Source: Felis catus (lineage: Eukaryota). Taken from it: a DNA stretch of 64,000 nucleotides. The notes below the pieces were generated by a model. That model was not told the origin of the DNA. It worked only from the letters and a program-made list of their open reading frames with translations, and did not search any database. The position numbers and the translations under genes were made by a program. The stretch spans positions 20,336,001-20,400,000 of the forward strand of contig NC_058370.1 of the NCBI RefSeq assembly GCF_018350175.1, written 5' to 3'. Below, piece after piece: positions 21,141-33,260 of this stretch (positions within the stretch are counted from its first letter, which is position 1; every line of letters starts with the position of its first letter).

Positions 21141-24100
21141 AAAGAGAATGGCAGAACTGGCAATACAAGGCCAATCACGGCTCACGAGGGAGAATGAGTG
21201 AGACTTCCCTGGGTGGGGACACTCTCTGGAATTTGCTGGTCTGTGGTGCTGTTCTATGGAACTAAGGACAGATAACCTGGGAGTTCCCAGTGTTTACGGA
21301 TGGATCTCTATGGACTGAGATATTTTTCAGGGTTGGAAATACAGAGCGTAAAAGCCCAGGGCATGAAGTTAATCTCAGCCTTGAACTCAGTCGGGGAGGC
21401 CAGCAAGGGCTGTAATTGTAAGTTGTCATGTTGTAAGTGTCTACCTATGCTTGTCTCCTTCACAACATCCCAACACATAAGTGGATAAGAAGTAAAATGA
21501 CTAGAGGGTCTGCCCGTGCCGGGCTCCGTGGTAGGCAGTCTACTGAATCCTCACAATGACTCAATGTTCGCTTCTATTATTTCCCCAGTTCACAGATGAA
21601 GACAGAGATATTGAGTAATTTTTCTCAAACTCTCACCATTGCAATATGGCAGCGTGGGGTAGCCGAACCCACCCACCCCAGACTCCACAGTCTTTGTTTT
21701 TCACCACAGCCGATGAATGAATGAGCGAATGAATCAATGAATGAATGAGCGGCAGCTTAAAGTAAAATCATGACTCCAATAAACCTGAACCATTAGCTTG
21801 GGAGGTAAAAATAAATAACAATGAAGGGAAAATTACTTCTAAAAAGGTAAGGCTAAGCAAGAGAGCCGGGCATGATTTTACCCTAAGCTTTCTAGGAGCC
21901 AAGCTGCAGAGAAAAGGAACACAGATGGGCCACCTGGCTCTCATGCCGCCAAAGGGAGGAAGAAGAACTCATATGGAAAGAGTGACTAGCTTCCTGCCCC
22001 TGAGCCCCTTATGTGTGAACATCTCTGAGCAACGTCCCAGCTCCTGGGATGCGCGACGTCTAGGCTTAGCATCCCACGTCTGCCCATTTGGTCCATTCAA
22101 CGGCCCTTTAAAATGATTTAATTTTGGCTATAAAGTGTAAGATTTCTCATCCAGCAGTGGTCCTGGCCTTCCTAGGGGCAGTTTGAAGTCAATGACACAA
22201 AAATATTATCGTTATTGGAAAACAGAGTTGGCAAAGGTTGACCAGCACACGTGTGCATCTATGGAGCAAACCCTAGGGCCACAGTAAGTGCAAGACCATT
22301 CTCTTTATGCTGCTCGACCTCCCCTTGGGTAGACAACCAAGAGTTAGTTGTCCTGTGGTAGGAACAACCTAGCTATAAGTACCTTGGTAACACCTAGTCC
22401 CAGTTTCAGATCTTTTAGCTGTTTTCAAGATAGGCCTTAATTGTCCTTTCTTAGCTCCTGTTAGCAAAGCACACCATCTCCTACATTTCTCTTCCAATAT
22501 GATGGTCTCTGGTTCCTTCATTTTGCTAGAGAAACATTATTTGAACAGTTCAAACGATGCAATTTGTTCCAATGTCTATAGGGGGAAAAAACCCAAGTCA
22601 TAGGAGAGGTAAGTCAATGTCCTTGAATTCATATGTATTATAGTGATGGAATTGACTCCCAGGGTTATGCGAGACTCCAAACCTCTTCCCACTGCACCAC
22701 CCTGTATCTTCAACAATAATTAATAGCCTACCCTTAATAAGGTGCAGCCACAGCGACAACACAGGCTTCTCTGTTGAGGCTCACACTCTCCATGTTATTT
22801 CAAACACACGTGAAAGGATGAAGTTCACAGCGGAGTCTGAAGTCAGTGTTGTTTTCCACGTAGGCACAATGTCTACTAAGACACCAGGTAAATGTATCCT
22901 TTGTTCTGTCCTCTTTTCTTGCACTTACTGTTATTACTGTATTTCTGACAATAAGACTGTCCCTTTAAGAGTCAAGACCCCATGGTTTCTTGTAGATTTC
23001 CCCTGGCAACTCTGAGATCTTGCCCAAGGACCTCTTAGCATCTGATTAAATATGAATGTGAAGGTGATTGTGGACCATGAGCCCACTCACTTGTGATCCT
23101 CTCCCTGGGAACCCCCATTACTAAAACATGGCTGAAGAGGGGCTGGAAACAGGGCCAGCCCATTACCTATTAATTCTTAATACACTGGCGGATTATAGCG
23201 AGACTTGGATGATGAACAGGGATGGGTAGACAAGATCCTGTCTATACCTAAGATCCAATCTGGATGAAAGCCAAGAAGCTGAAATGATACCCCAGACACC
23301 CTAGGAGACATGCGGTAGTCCATTTATACTAAGCCCAGACAGATCCAAGGGGGGACCCCCTGGCCATGTCTGATGAGCTCCCAGTGTTCACGGCCTGACC
23401 CGAAGCAACAGCCTTCAGCAGGTGCTACTAGCAAACTCTTTAGTAAGCATGTGCCTAAACTTTTATGTCTGCCTCCGTCCGCAGCTCATGTGGCTTCACA
23501 CTCAGTCTGAGAATCAAGCCTCAAATCACATCATCTACCAGAGTAGGATACGAAGGTTACATTCTAAGGGGGACCATAGATGGGGCAAGCCAGCAGCTAG
23601 TGTGGGGAAAGAGGCAGTAATTGATTAGTGATGTTTCCACAGACACAGGGAGTAGGATGAGAGCAAGTGTGTCTAACATTTGCCACATCTGAGAGTTCTC
23701 TGTCTTTCTAACACAGAGAAGAATCTCCCCTCTCTGCATTTAGACCAACTGCCTGTGGCAAAGCTGTGCTGCAGGCGGTCCCTGCTTCATGGAGGAAGAG
23801 GCCACGGGCCGGACTTGGTAGAATTAACCCTGGGATCCAGCCCCATGAAGATGCACATCGTTTCCGGCCCCACGTCAATGCCATGACCAGTCTCACCAAC
23901 ATCTTCTCCTCCCTCATCAGTCCTAAGACATGGACACCGAGTCCATTCTGAACTCTCGGCTCCTAGAGTTGGCTTTTCCCGTGCACACGCCCAGCATCAT
24001 TGCATAGCGACGTTCTACGCCCTGATCAGAATCTGACTTCTCTAAGAACCTTGGAAATGCTCTCCAGTGTCTCTTTGTTCTCTAGTCGTGGCACAGTGGA

Positions 24101-25009
24101 TAATATCCCTCCACCTTTGTCTATTTCAACCCCTTCATTCCGCAAAGGAGAAGTCGGAGGTGTAGACAAGACAAGAGACGTTTCAAAAGACCACCCAGGG
24201 ACACGGTCGTCGCAGAGCTGTGATGCTGACCTTCCGATCCCTGGTCCGGATCTTCCCAGTGTGATGTAGTGGGACGGCCCTGTTTCCAGAACCAGCACCA
24301 GAGAGCAGTGTCATTGCTGCCGGGTAGCCTGACCCTTATGACATCCTGTATATATTCTCACTCTCATAACTGCAGTGGGACCCCCGAGGGGAAGACCAAG
24401 GCTATGTACCTTTGAAAGGCCGTGGTAGGTGTGGGGGACCACTTGGGGAAACCATCATGCTTTCAATTCCACACAGTCCATGAGGTCACAAGATGGTCCA
24501 AGCCAGGACTTTGAGGCCGAGAACCAGGATACACAAGCTATCCGGAATAAAGACAGCCTCTGGGTCCCTCAGCCAGCTCACCTTAAGGTATACGAAGAAC
24601 ACCGAGGGGACGACACTTGAAGTTCACAGACCGTGTGTGTTTTATTCATTTGATGCTTTTCTTCCCAGGGGACGTGGAACGGTGTGTGAATTCTTCTCAG
24701 AATCACTCGTTTGTACACCCAGGTGTTCTGTGTGTGAGAAGGAATCGGGTGTGTGTTCCTGAGCACTGTAGTCCCCACCCCTGCTCCCAAGTGTCCACAA
24801 CAAAGCCAGACTGGTGTCTACAAGTGCAGTGTGGACATGAGAACATTTGGATGGTCCTTGGGAAGATGTGTGGTTAGATACAGTGCAACGGAGGAGGAGG
24901 GCTGAGGCTGGAGATGAGCCGGGGTTAGTTCAGAGGGTCGGGGGAAGGTGGTGGCATGCTATTGGCATGGCGCATGAGGAGGCACAACTTTGAGTGGCCA
25001 GAGCATGAC

Positions 25010-25240
25010 GGGAAAGAGAATGGATTCGGGATCCAGCCTGCCCAGGTTCCGATCCCACCTGTAACACAGGCTCCGATGGGTCCCTTAGCCTCCCTACCAC
25101 TCAGCTTCCATATCTGTAAAGTGAAGAACATAAGATCCCCTACCTTCTAGAGTTATTGAGAGAATTAACTGAGTTAGTGTCGGAAGCGTTTGGAACAGTT
25201 CCTGAATTCTCTAGCAGGCTGTATGTGGATATTTAACAAG
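25010..25240 (+). mobile_element. MIR
   Basis: gcctgcccaggttccgatccca...ctcagcttccatatctgtaaagtgaaga...cctaccttctagagttattgagagaatta. Confidence 0.7.
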
Positions 25241-25399
25241 ATTCGATACTAAAGAAGAATAAGGAAGCAGTTGGCAGGGTAGCAACAGATATTTACCAAT
25301 TGGCTCCCCAGCGTCCAGTCTCCACTATTTCGGTAACGGTTCTAATTCTACTAAAGAGAACTGCCCCCCTTCCCTGTCCTCAGTATTCAAAATTTGAGA

Positions 25400-25790
25400 A
25401 AGGAAGGGGGTGGAGTATGTAACCCAACGTCTCTTCTTTCCCGGTTGTAGCGAAGGATGGGCACGTGTCCCAAGTCTATCCGACCCCTGACTCTCCAGAC
25501 TACATGGCAATGACCACCTAGGACACCTTTCCATTGGAGGTAAAGCTGGAAGGAGCTGTGGAGCAGAGTCCGCTTGGGAACGGAAAGAGAACAGAAAACA
25601 CATTCATTCAAGTTGAGAGGGAAAAAAATATCTTGATGACATCATTCGACCCCCTGTGTTGAGCCACACCTGAAGGCTGATTACTCATGGAGTTTTCAGT
25701 TATATGAGTCAACAAAGTCCCTTTTTGCTTCAGCCAGTTTGGGTTGGGTTTTCTGTAACTCACAACTGAAAAGGTCTTCAGTTACGAATA
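25400..25790 (+). mobile_element. Old MaLR LTR (MLT1K/L-like)
   Basis: 3' end ttttcagttatatgagtcaacaaagtccctttttgcttcagccagtttgggttgggttttctgtaactcacaactgaaa; 5' boundary uncertain. Confidence 0.6.
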
Positions 25791-26787
25791 CCTATGGGAA
25801 CACATATCTGATTTGGATACTTGGATACGACTTCGAAGAGCTTACGGCCAATGCCAAATTTAACACCTTGGAGTGAGCAAGAGCTCATCAAGGCTTTGGG
25901 CACTTCATTCAACCGACGGGACATTCTAGTCCCTGCTATTGAAAGAATGGGAATGACCAAACCAACCTTAGGGGTTGCTTTAAGAATTCGATGATAGAAT
26001 ATGTTAGAGAAGGCCTAACACAGTGACTCCCACATTTTGGGTCTCAGTCATTGCCCAGCAGGATGTCCCAGAAATGTGGGAGCTCAGATGCAAATACATT
26101 TGTAATTCGGATCGGGATTATTTCTACGAGAGTTCTAAGTGGCAGGATAAAAGCATGTACTGAAACCAGAGTGGAATTGAGGAAGGGGTGAAGTTTGGAA
26201 AAAAGCAAAGGAGACAGGACGCAAATTGCTTTCCATCTAAGAAACGATAGCAAAATGATAACAAAGCATTCTGGATTCATACACAAGTTTTATATCCTAA
26301 AGCAATTGTCCTCATATTTTCCTAGGAATGAAAAATAGACAGTGTACTGGTTCATAATACAGGATCCTCAGGCTTGGTCAGTTGCAATGTCTAGAGAATA
26401 ACCCCGAGAATCTGTATTTTGTAACCACGATCCAATGCAAGTTTGGAGAAAACTGTCGTAATATTCAAAACGCTTCATGCACATAATGCAACTTTTCTTC
26501 CCATTACATTTCTGACGGAGTTAGTGTCACCATTCTGGAAATTAAGAAAGCAAAAGAGAGCTGACAAACTTGGTGAGTGCCAGAAAATGTTTTCCAGGCA
26601 AACCTCTGTGTGATTTCAGGGCTGGGAACTCATAAGCTCCAACTCACAATTGGGTCCCAGATTCTCCAGAAAGGAGAGTGGAAAATGCACTATGTCCAAA
26701 GATGCCCAGGTCCTCGAAGAGCCATCTGGTTAGGACATCACAGATCTAGCTCAAGGGTGTTTTCCGGTTTTTCTAATTTAGATACTA

Positions 26788-26893
26788 GAACCTGCTTTGG
26801 ATTCTGTGTCTCCCTCTCTCTCCGCCCCTCTCTTCGCTCGTGCTGCATCTCTCTCTCTCTCTCTCTCAAAAATAAATAAACGTTTAAAAAAAA
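26788..26893 (+). mobile_element. 5'-truncated Can-SINE
   Basis: Only cctgctttggattctgtgtctccctctc...aaaataaataaacgttt is present. Confidence 0.9.
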
Positions 26894-26894
26894 A

Positions 26895-27136
26895 TGCCCT
26901 GTCTTTATGCCCCACCTTGAGACAATTCAGTAAGACTCCCCCAGCTTCACAGCTCTTCCTGGGGTCATCTGAGACGTTCACTGCCAAGGTATGACAGCTC
27001 AACTCCTCCCTCTGCCCGGCTCCCTTTCTATCCCTGCTTTCCACAGGTGTTGTCCCTGAAAAACTCTCTGCAATCAAGCTTGTGTCTGCTAATTCCCTTC
27101 TCAGAGCCCACGTCCCTCGGAACCCAACCTGGGACA
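26895..27136 (+). mobile_element. LTR16-type ERVL LTR, 3' part
   Basis: caactcctccctctgccc...acaggtgttgtccctga...ctcagagcc...ggaacccaacctgggaca end. Confidence 0.75.
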
Positions 27137-28782
27137 ATCCTCCATGTTTAGGAATGGGCAACTAATTGAATATTTTATTGTGCATTCATTTAATGGAATA
27201 CTTTCTTTCTATTAAAAATGCTATTTATGCAGACTGGGAAGAAAATTAAAATGAAATATAAACGATAAAATATAATTGATGAGAGTGCCATACCAAACTC
27301 TATTCAGGCCATAATTATTATTGTGCAAAATTTATCCACAGGTATAGGGCTGGAAGGTATAGGCTGGTTATTTGGGATGGAGAGAGAAGATGAGTTATCT
27401 GCGATTTGTTTGAAGGTGTTGAAAATCATTATTGTGACGTCATTTCCGTAACCGACAGAAAGGTACACTGAATAATGAATCAGATAGTAACTTGATAAAG
27501 AGAGGTCTTTAAAAAGGCCAATAGCATGTATCCTATCCTGTAGGAAATACTTCTTGGGGAGAAGAGTTGAATTAAACTCTTACTGTCATGTTCCTCTGTC
27601 CCACTCCTGCCCATCTGCCCTCTGGTTGGAAGCTCAGGCAGCCAAGCAGGAAAGCCCAGCCCCAGGGTTGCCAGGCGGGTGTTTGGGAAAACTCCACCAT
27701 TGGTTCTCTTCACCCTTCCTCTCCAGCACCATTTACCCTTTCTAACTGCTCACGAAGTCTCTCCAACTTACCCAGCGGAGCATCAGTATTTGCCCTCCTC
27801 CTGAAAAGCAAAGAGAACCAAACTTCAAATCATTCTGGACCTCAGCTCCTTGCCAGAGGGATGGGTCTGAGTCTTGTTCTCTAGTGTCCCCCAGGCTCTG
27901 ATGGGATTGTGCGCAGAGCTAACCTGTTCATCGACTCATCCGGAATCGCCTCCCTGCCCTCTCTGATCTCACCTCTCCACTCCCAGATAAACGACTCCGC
28001 TGAAGTTCTTGTCTCAGCGGATCCTCCCGGGGGAACCCCACCTGTGTCACTCACCCCGTCCTTCCTTCACCAGATGGTGTTACGAAAATGTCACTCTTTG
28101 GGGTGGCAGATATTGGCCGAAGGTTTGTAGTGACAGCGAGCAGATGACACGGTGTGGACCACCAGAAACCCCAAGGGGATGCTAGTTGTCGTCAACCAAA
28201 CAAATGTACCTTGGCTGCCCTTGACCCTGTCCTGCGTTCTCTCCTGAGATCCTAATCAATTGGCCTTTTCTTGGGCTTTGCCCTTTCCCAGCCACGTGGC
28301 CCCCCTTTACTCCCATGTGACCTGCGGAAGGATAAAAAGTTACCCCCACCCATCCAAGCTACGCCCAGGAGACGGGAGCGAAGTACATGGACTCTCACCA
28401 AATCAGCATCCTTGAGTCTCCTAAAGAAAAGCACCCTCTCACTCTGAGTTGAACGCAATCACTTTCGTCTTATCCACAGTTTTCTTTTTCCAACCTATTT
28501 AACATCCTTGGCATTAGCATTTAGAGGCTTCCAGAAATGCCCCCTCTCTGTGATTTCAATTGCCATTCGCTCTCTGACCCCAAGGGACAGCCACGTTCAT
28601 TCCTTGGAGGAATCTCTTCCTCGAGGTGGATGATGGTGGACCCACTGAGCACCTTCCCCCAGCAGACCCCTCAGAGTGGCCCCGTGGCGGTGCTGTCCCA
28701 GGAACACCAGCGGTATTCCCACCCCGGAGGTCTGAGCTCCTCAGAGGAGGGGCTCAAGAAAGGTTAAGGGAGGGACACTCAC

Positions 28783-29580
28783 CAAACAGTGGAGCTTCTC
28801 AAAAACACGAAACATAGAATTACCATGTCATCAAGCAATTCTACTTCTGGGAGCACACACAGGAAATCGAACACAGAGGCTCGAGTGGATACTGACCACC
28901 CCCCCCCCCCGCCATGGCACACGGTAGCCTTATTCACAATAAGCAAAAGGGGGAAGCGACCCGAGTTCCACGGGCAGATGATCGGATAAACAATGTGGCC
29001 TATCCCTGTAACGGAATATTAGTCAGCCCTAGAAAGGAAGGAAATCCCGACAGGCTGCAGCATGCACCTCCGAGACCTCATCCTAAGTGAAATAAACAGT
29101 TCACGGAAGGACAAACACTGTGTGATTTTGCATCTGTGACGTACCTAACGCAGTCAAATTCATAGAGACAAAGGAAAATGGTGGGTGCCAGTGGTATTGG
29201 GAGGAGAGGAACGGGGTCTTGATGGGCCCGGAGCTTCAGTAGAGAAAATGAAGTTTGAAAGATGGCTGGTGGTGACGATTACCCAATGGTATGAGCGGAC
29301 TGAATGACACTGAACTTTAGATATGAAAAAGTAGTTAAAATTTTATGTTATCATATCATATATCATATGATCATATATCATATATATATGATATATATGT
29401 TCTATACATACAATATATGATATATATGTGTGTTATATACATATATATTTTATATCATATTTAAAAATATATATTTTATTATATATATTAAAATATATTT
29501 TTATGTGATATATATATACACACACACACACATACACATATATTACCACGGCTTACAAAATGTAAATAAATAAAAAAAGA
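28783..29580 (+). mobile_element. LINE-1 (L1MB-type) 3' end
   Basis: acatagaattacca...gcaattctacttctggg...ttattcacaata...ctaagtgaaataa...agtcaaattcatagagaca; A tail. Confidence 0.88.
29350..29541. repeat. Compound (AT)n/(ATCAT)n/(CA)n low-complexity repeat
   Basis: Direct reading; expanded within the L1 tail. Confidence 0.9.
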
Positions 29581-30510
29581 AGAAGAAGAAAGAAAAGAGT
29601 AAGGCAGGCTCCCCTTCCCTGCTTCTAGAAGCTCCTCAGTTAGCTCGTGCCCAAAAATAGACCCGCAGCATTAGCATTGCGCCTGTCTCCTTGTTAATTG
29701 TCTTGTTTCAGATGCAGATGTTTTTCACTCACAGACAGTGGTTTTGGGGACTAGGAATACAAAATGTGCTGGTTTGGCATTTCTGAACCCAGTAAAACTT
29801 TGATTAGTTTGAATGGTATCGCTGGCTGGAGATAAACATCAGATCCAGGATAAGCCCAGCCCTTTGTTTTACACAAACTCTAACTTAACAAGACCCCTTT
29901 TAAGCAGGAACGCCTGTGGAATCAAGCATTTTCTTTGTTGCCTGAGATTCTATTTTTTAATGCTTATGAGGGATGCGTGTGTGTATGTGTCTTCTCTTTC
30001 ATTTTTTTTTTCCGTTTTCCTTTTTTAACATTTCTTTTTGCCTACATAAGGTGAAAAAGCAAAAATGATCAGGGAGCTAGTTTCTCTCTCAGTCTCAGAA
30101 GGGGTGAGGAGTTACCCACCTTGCAGGGTCTCTTACCTAAAATATCCAGGAAGAAGCCATCCCAGGGCCTGAGTTCTTCCTGCCCCACTCTCCCTCACCT
30201 CCGGCTTTCACTCTTGGTCACTCAGGGGCTGCCCTTCAAAGAATCTGTCTACCAGTCAGAGCGCAAAGGAAAACTAAACTTGGAAGGGGCTGGGTCTTTA
30301 TGGAAAGAGCCCTGGGTTTGACTCTGAGAGCTGTCATTTACCAGCTGTGTGACTATTAATCTGCTAAACTCATTTCATCATCTATAAATTGGGAGTAATA
30401 ATAGCACCCGCTCTGCAAGGAAGGGGGAGAGATTAATCCAGATGATAACTAGAAAGCACCTAGCACCAAGGTCAGGAAAGTTCGGTTTGGGTGATAGAAA
30501 GCGCGTTTTA

Positions 30511-30930
30511 GGGGCGCCTGGGGGGCTCAGTTGGTTAAGCCTCCGACTCTTGGTTTCAGCTCAGGTCATGATCTCATGGTTTATGAGTTCCAGCCTCCCA
30601 TCAGCTCTGTGCTGACAGTCCNNNNNNNNNNNNNNNNNNNNNNNNNNNNNNNNNNNNNNNNNNNNNNNNNNNNNNNNNNNNNNNNNNNNNNNNNNNNNNN
30701 NNNNNNNNNNNNNNNNNNNNNNNNNNNNNNNNNNNNNNNNNNNNNNNNNNNNNNNNNNNNNNNNNNGTGTCCAACTTCAGCTCAGGTCATGATCTTGCAA
30801 GTTTGTGGGTTTGAGCCCCACGTTGGGCTCTGTGCTGACAGCTTCAAAGCCCGGGGCCTGCTTCAGATTCTGTATCTCCCTCTCTCTCTCTATCTCAAGA
30901 ATAAATAATCATAAAAAAAACTTTTTTTAA
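30511..30930 (+). mobile_element. Two Can-SINE pieces spanning an assembly gap
   Basis: Head at 30511, second body from 30767; flanking aaagcgcgtttta / aaagctcatttta. Confidence 0.85.
30622..30766. other. Assembly gap (145 N)
   Basis: N run. Confidence 1.
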
Positions 30931-32103
30931 AGCTCATTTTATATTAGCAACTCTTGACTCCGGAAAGGAAGAGGACAGCATAAGGTTGAGCTCTGAAGAC
31001 AGATTCTGTGCTCCTTAAACTTTGAAAAATCCAAACGTGACTCCTGATAACACAGCTCACACCGAAGGCTACTGACGAGATGTACGACAGAATATAAGGA
31101 GGTATATCTTATTTTCAGAAGGATTATCTCATCCCTGGTGTTTGGCAATAGTGATTTTCCATTCACAGGCAAGAATTTTATAGACTCCCCTTAATAGCAA
31201 TGTGCCAGGATCAGTAACAGTGACAATATATTGTTTCATGACTCCAGATTCAACTCTTCTTAAAAGTACCGGAGCAAAATGCCAGCTCAGTGTGGGATTT
31301 ACTGATTTAGCTGTAGAGGAAAGAAATTCTGCAGATCAGATCAATACAACCAGTAAAAACAAACTGCAGAATCCCCATTTTCTACCGGAGGTCTGTAAGT
31401 GAGGGCATTAGATGAGGCACCTGAATTATTCCCGAGCACTTCATCTTGAGTGGCTGGAAATGGTACTTTAAAACCATTAAAGGGAAGACTATGATTTTAG
31501 GTCACCACGATTAAATTAAACGTCCTGTGCAAAAAGTTATAGATAACATTTTTTTTTTTTGATCCAAAAATTAGAATTGGTAAGAGAATACTTTTGATCG
31601 GCCAGGGCACCGGATCAAGCCCTAACCCTCAATTAATTCTTTCAATGACTTTTAGGAACCACATCCCTTGCAATAAGAAGGCATAAACTGGAAATATCAT
31701 TTTGTGGACAGCTGGCAGCCGTACACGGAAGCGTGATTAGCCGTGACTACGTTTGAAACCATTTTATCGTTATCACTGTCGCCATTACTATTATCATTAC
31801 ATGTTTATTAATAATAATACTTCAGCACAAGAGCAGTTTTCCTTTTAGCCGCCTGGGGAAGTTGCCAATTTGACGATCAGCCATGTACCGTCGTTAAAAA
31901 GAGTGATAGCCTCACAAAGGCATCACAGCGGTGCTCACACATACTACTGAGTGTGTAAATTTGTGATTACCTTGAAGGACAATTTAGCCTTGTCCATTGT
32001 CAGATAAAACCCGTATTTGCTTTGCTTCAACCCCAGAGTACTACGGCTAAGTAACTCTCTGAGAAAAATATTCACAGATGTGTCCCGAAATGAAAAGACT
32101 CCA

Positions 32104-32530
32104 GGGACACCCCGGGGGGGCTCAGTCGTTTAAGCATCCGACTCTTGATTTGGGTTCAGGTCACAATCTCACAGTTCGTGGGATCAAGTCCCTCATCGGG
32201 CTCTGCGCTCATAGCACGGAGCCCGCTTGGGATTCTCTCTCCCTCTCTCTCTGCCGCCTCCTCTCTCTTTCTCAAAATACATAAACATTGGGACACCTGG
32301 GTGGCTGGGTCGGTTAACCGTCTGACTTCAGCTCAGGTCATAATCTCACGGTCCGTGAGTTCGAGCCCCGCGTGGGGCTCTGTGCTGACAGCTCGGAGCC
32401 TGGAGCCTGTTTCAGATTCTGTGTCTCCCTCTCTCTCTCTGCTCCTCCCCTGTTCATGCTCTGTCTCTCTCTGTCTCAAAAATAAATAACGTTAAAAAAA
32501 AAAGATTAAAAAAATAATAAATAAACAGTT
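32104..32530 (+). mobile_element. Can-SINE (from 32290) nested in the tail of an older Can-SINE (from 32104)
   Basis: Outer TSD aagactcca at 32095-32103 and 32537-32545; inner copy flanked by ataaaca; both sit in an L1ME-like relic (about 31930-33040). Confidence 0.92.
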
Positions 32531-33044
32531 AAAAACAAGACTCCATGAGGTTCAGTGACGCGTTCCATGTGCCAGTGAAAACAGGATATCACGTGCGCAC
32601 CCAACGAAGGGGTGTCCATCCGGGGAATGGCTAAATGAGCGTATTCGTCCGTGATGCTAAAAATGTTGCAACAATCGAGACAAATATAATAAAAAGTATG
32701 CTCCCACTCCGACCGATTTCGAGCTGCCAGCACAATGCTTCTGAATGTGGGGGAGTGAGCACACAGTTGGCCCTCACAAGCTGGTGCTATTCCACTCTGT
32801 GACCCTAGACTGTTAAGCGAACAGAAGAGCAGAGCCATGTGCGCAATGGCTCGCATAACGAGAGCGCACATTTACACATTCTTTTCTGTACACGGGTGCA
32901 TAAACATTGGTGAGCCGGTCACGTCTGGGGAGAGAAGGGAGCCTACTAGTGGAGAAGAGAGATAGTGACTTCTGCCTCGTATCGGTTGAACACTCTGAAG
33001 CTGAAAATAATTACCTCTGCGATTCAGTTTAAAAGATGACTACA

Positions 33045-33260
33045 GGGGCTCCTGGGTGGCTCAGTCGGTTAAGCGTCCGACTTGGGCTCAGGTCATCATC
33101 TCGCGGTCTCTGAGCCCGCGTCGGGCTCTGGGCTGACAGCTCAGAGCCTGGAGCCTGTTTCGGATTCTGTGTCTCCCTCTCTCTCTGACCCTCCCCCGTT
33201 CATGCTGTCTCTCCCTGTCTCAAAAATAAATAAACGTTAAAAAAAAAATTAAAAAAAAAA
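33045..33260 (+). mobile_element. Can-SINE
   Basis: TSD aaaagatgactac / aaaagacaactac. Confidence 0.95.
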
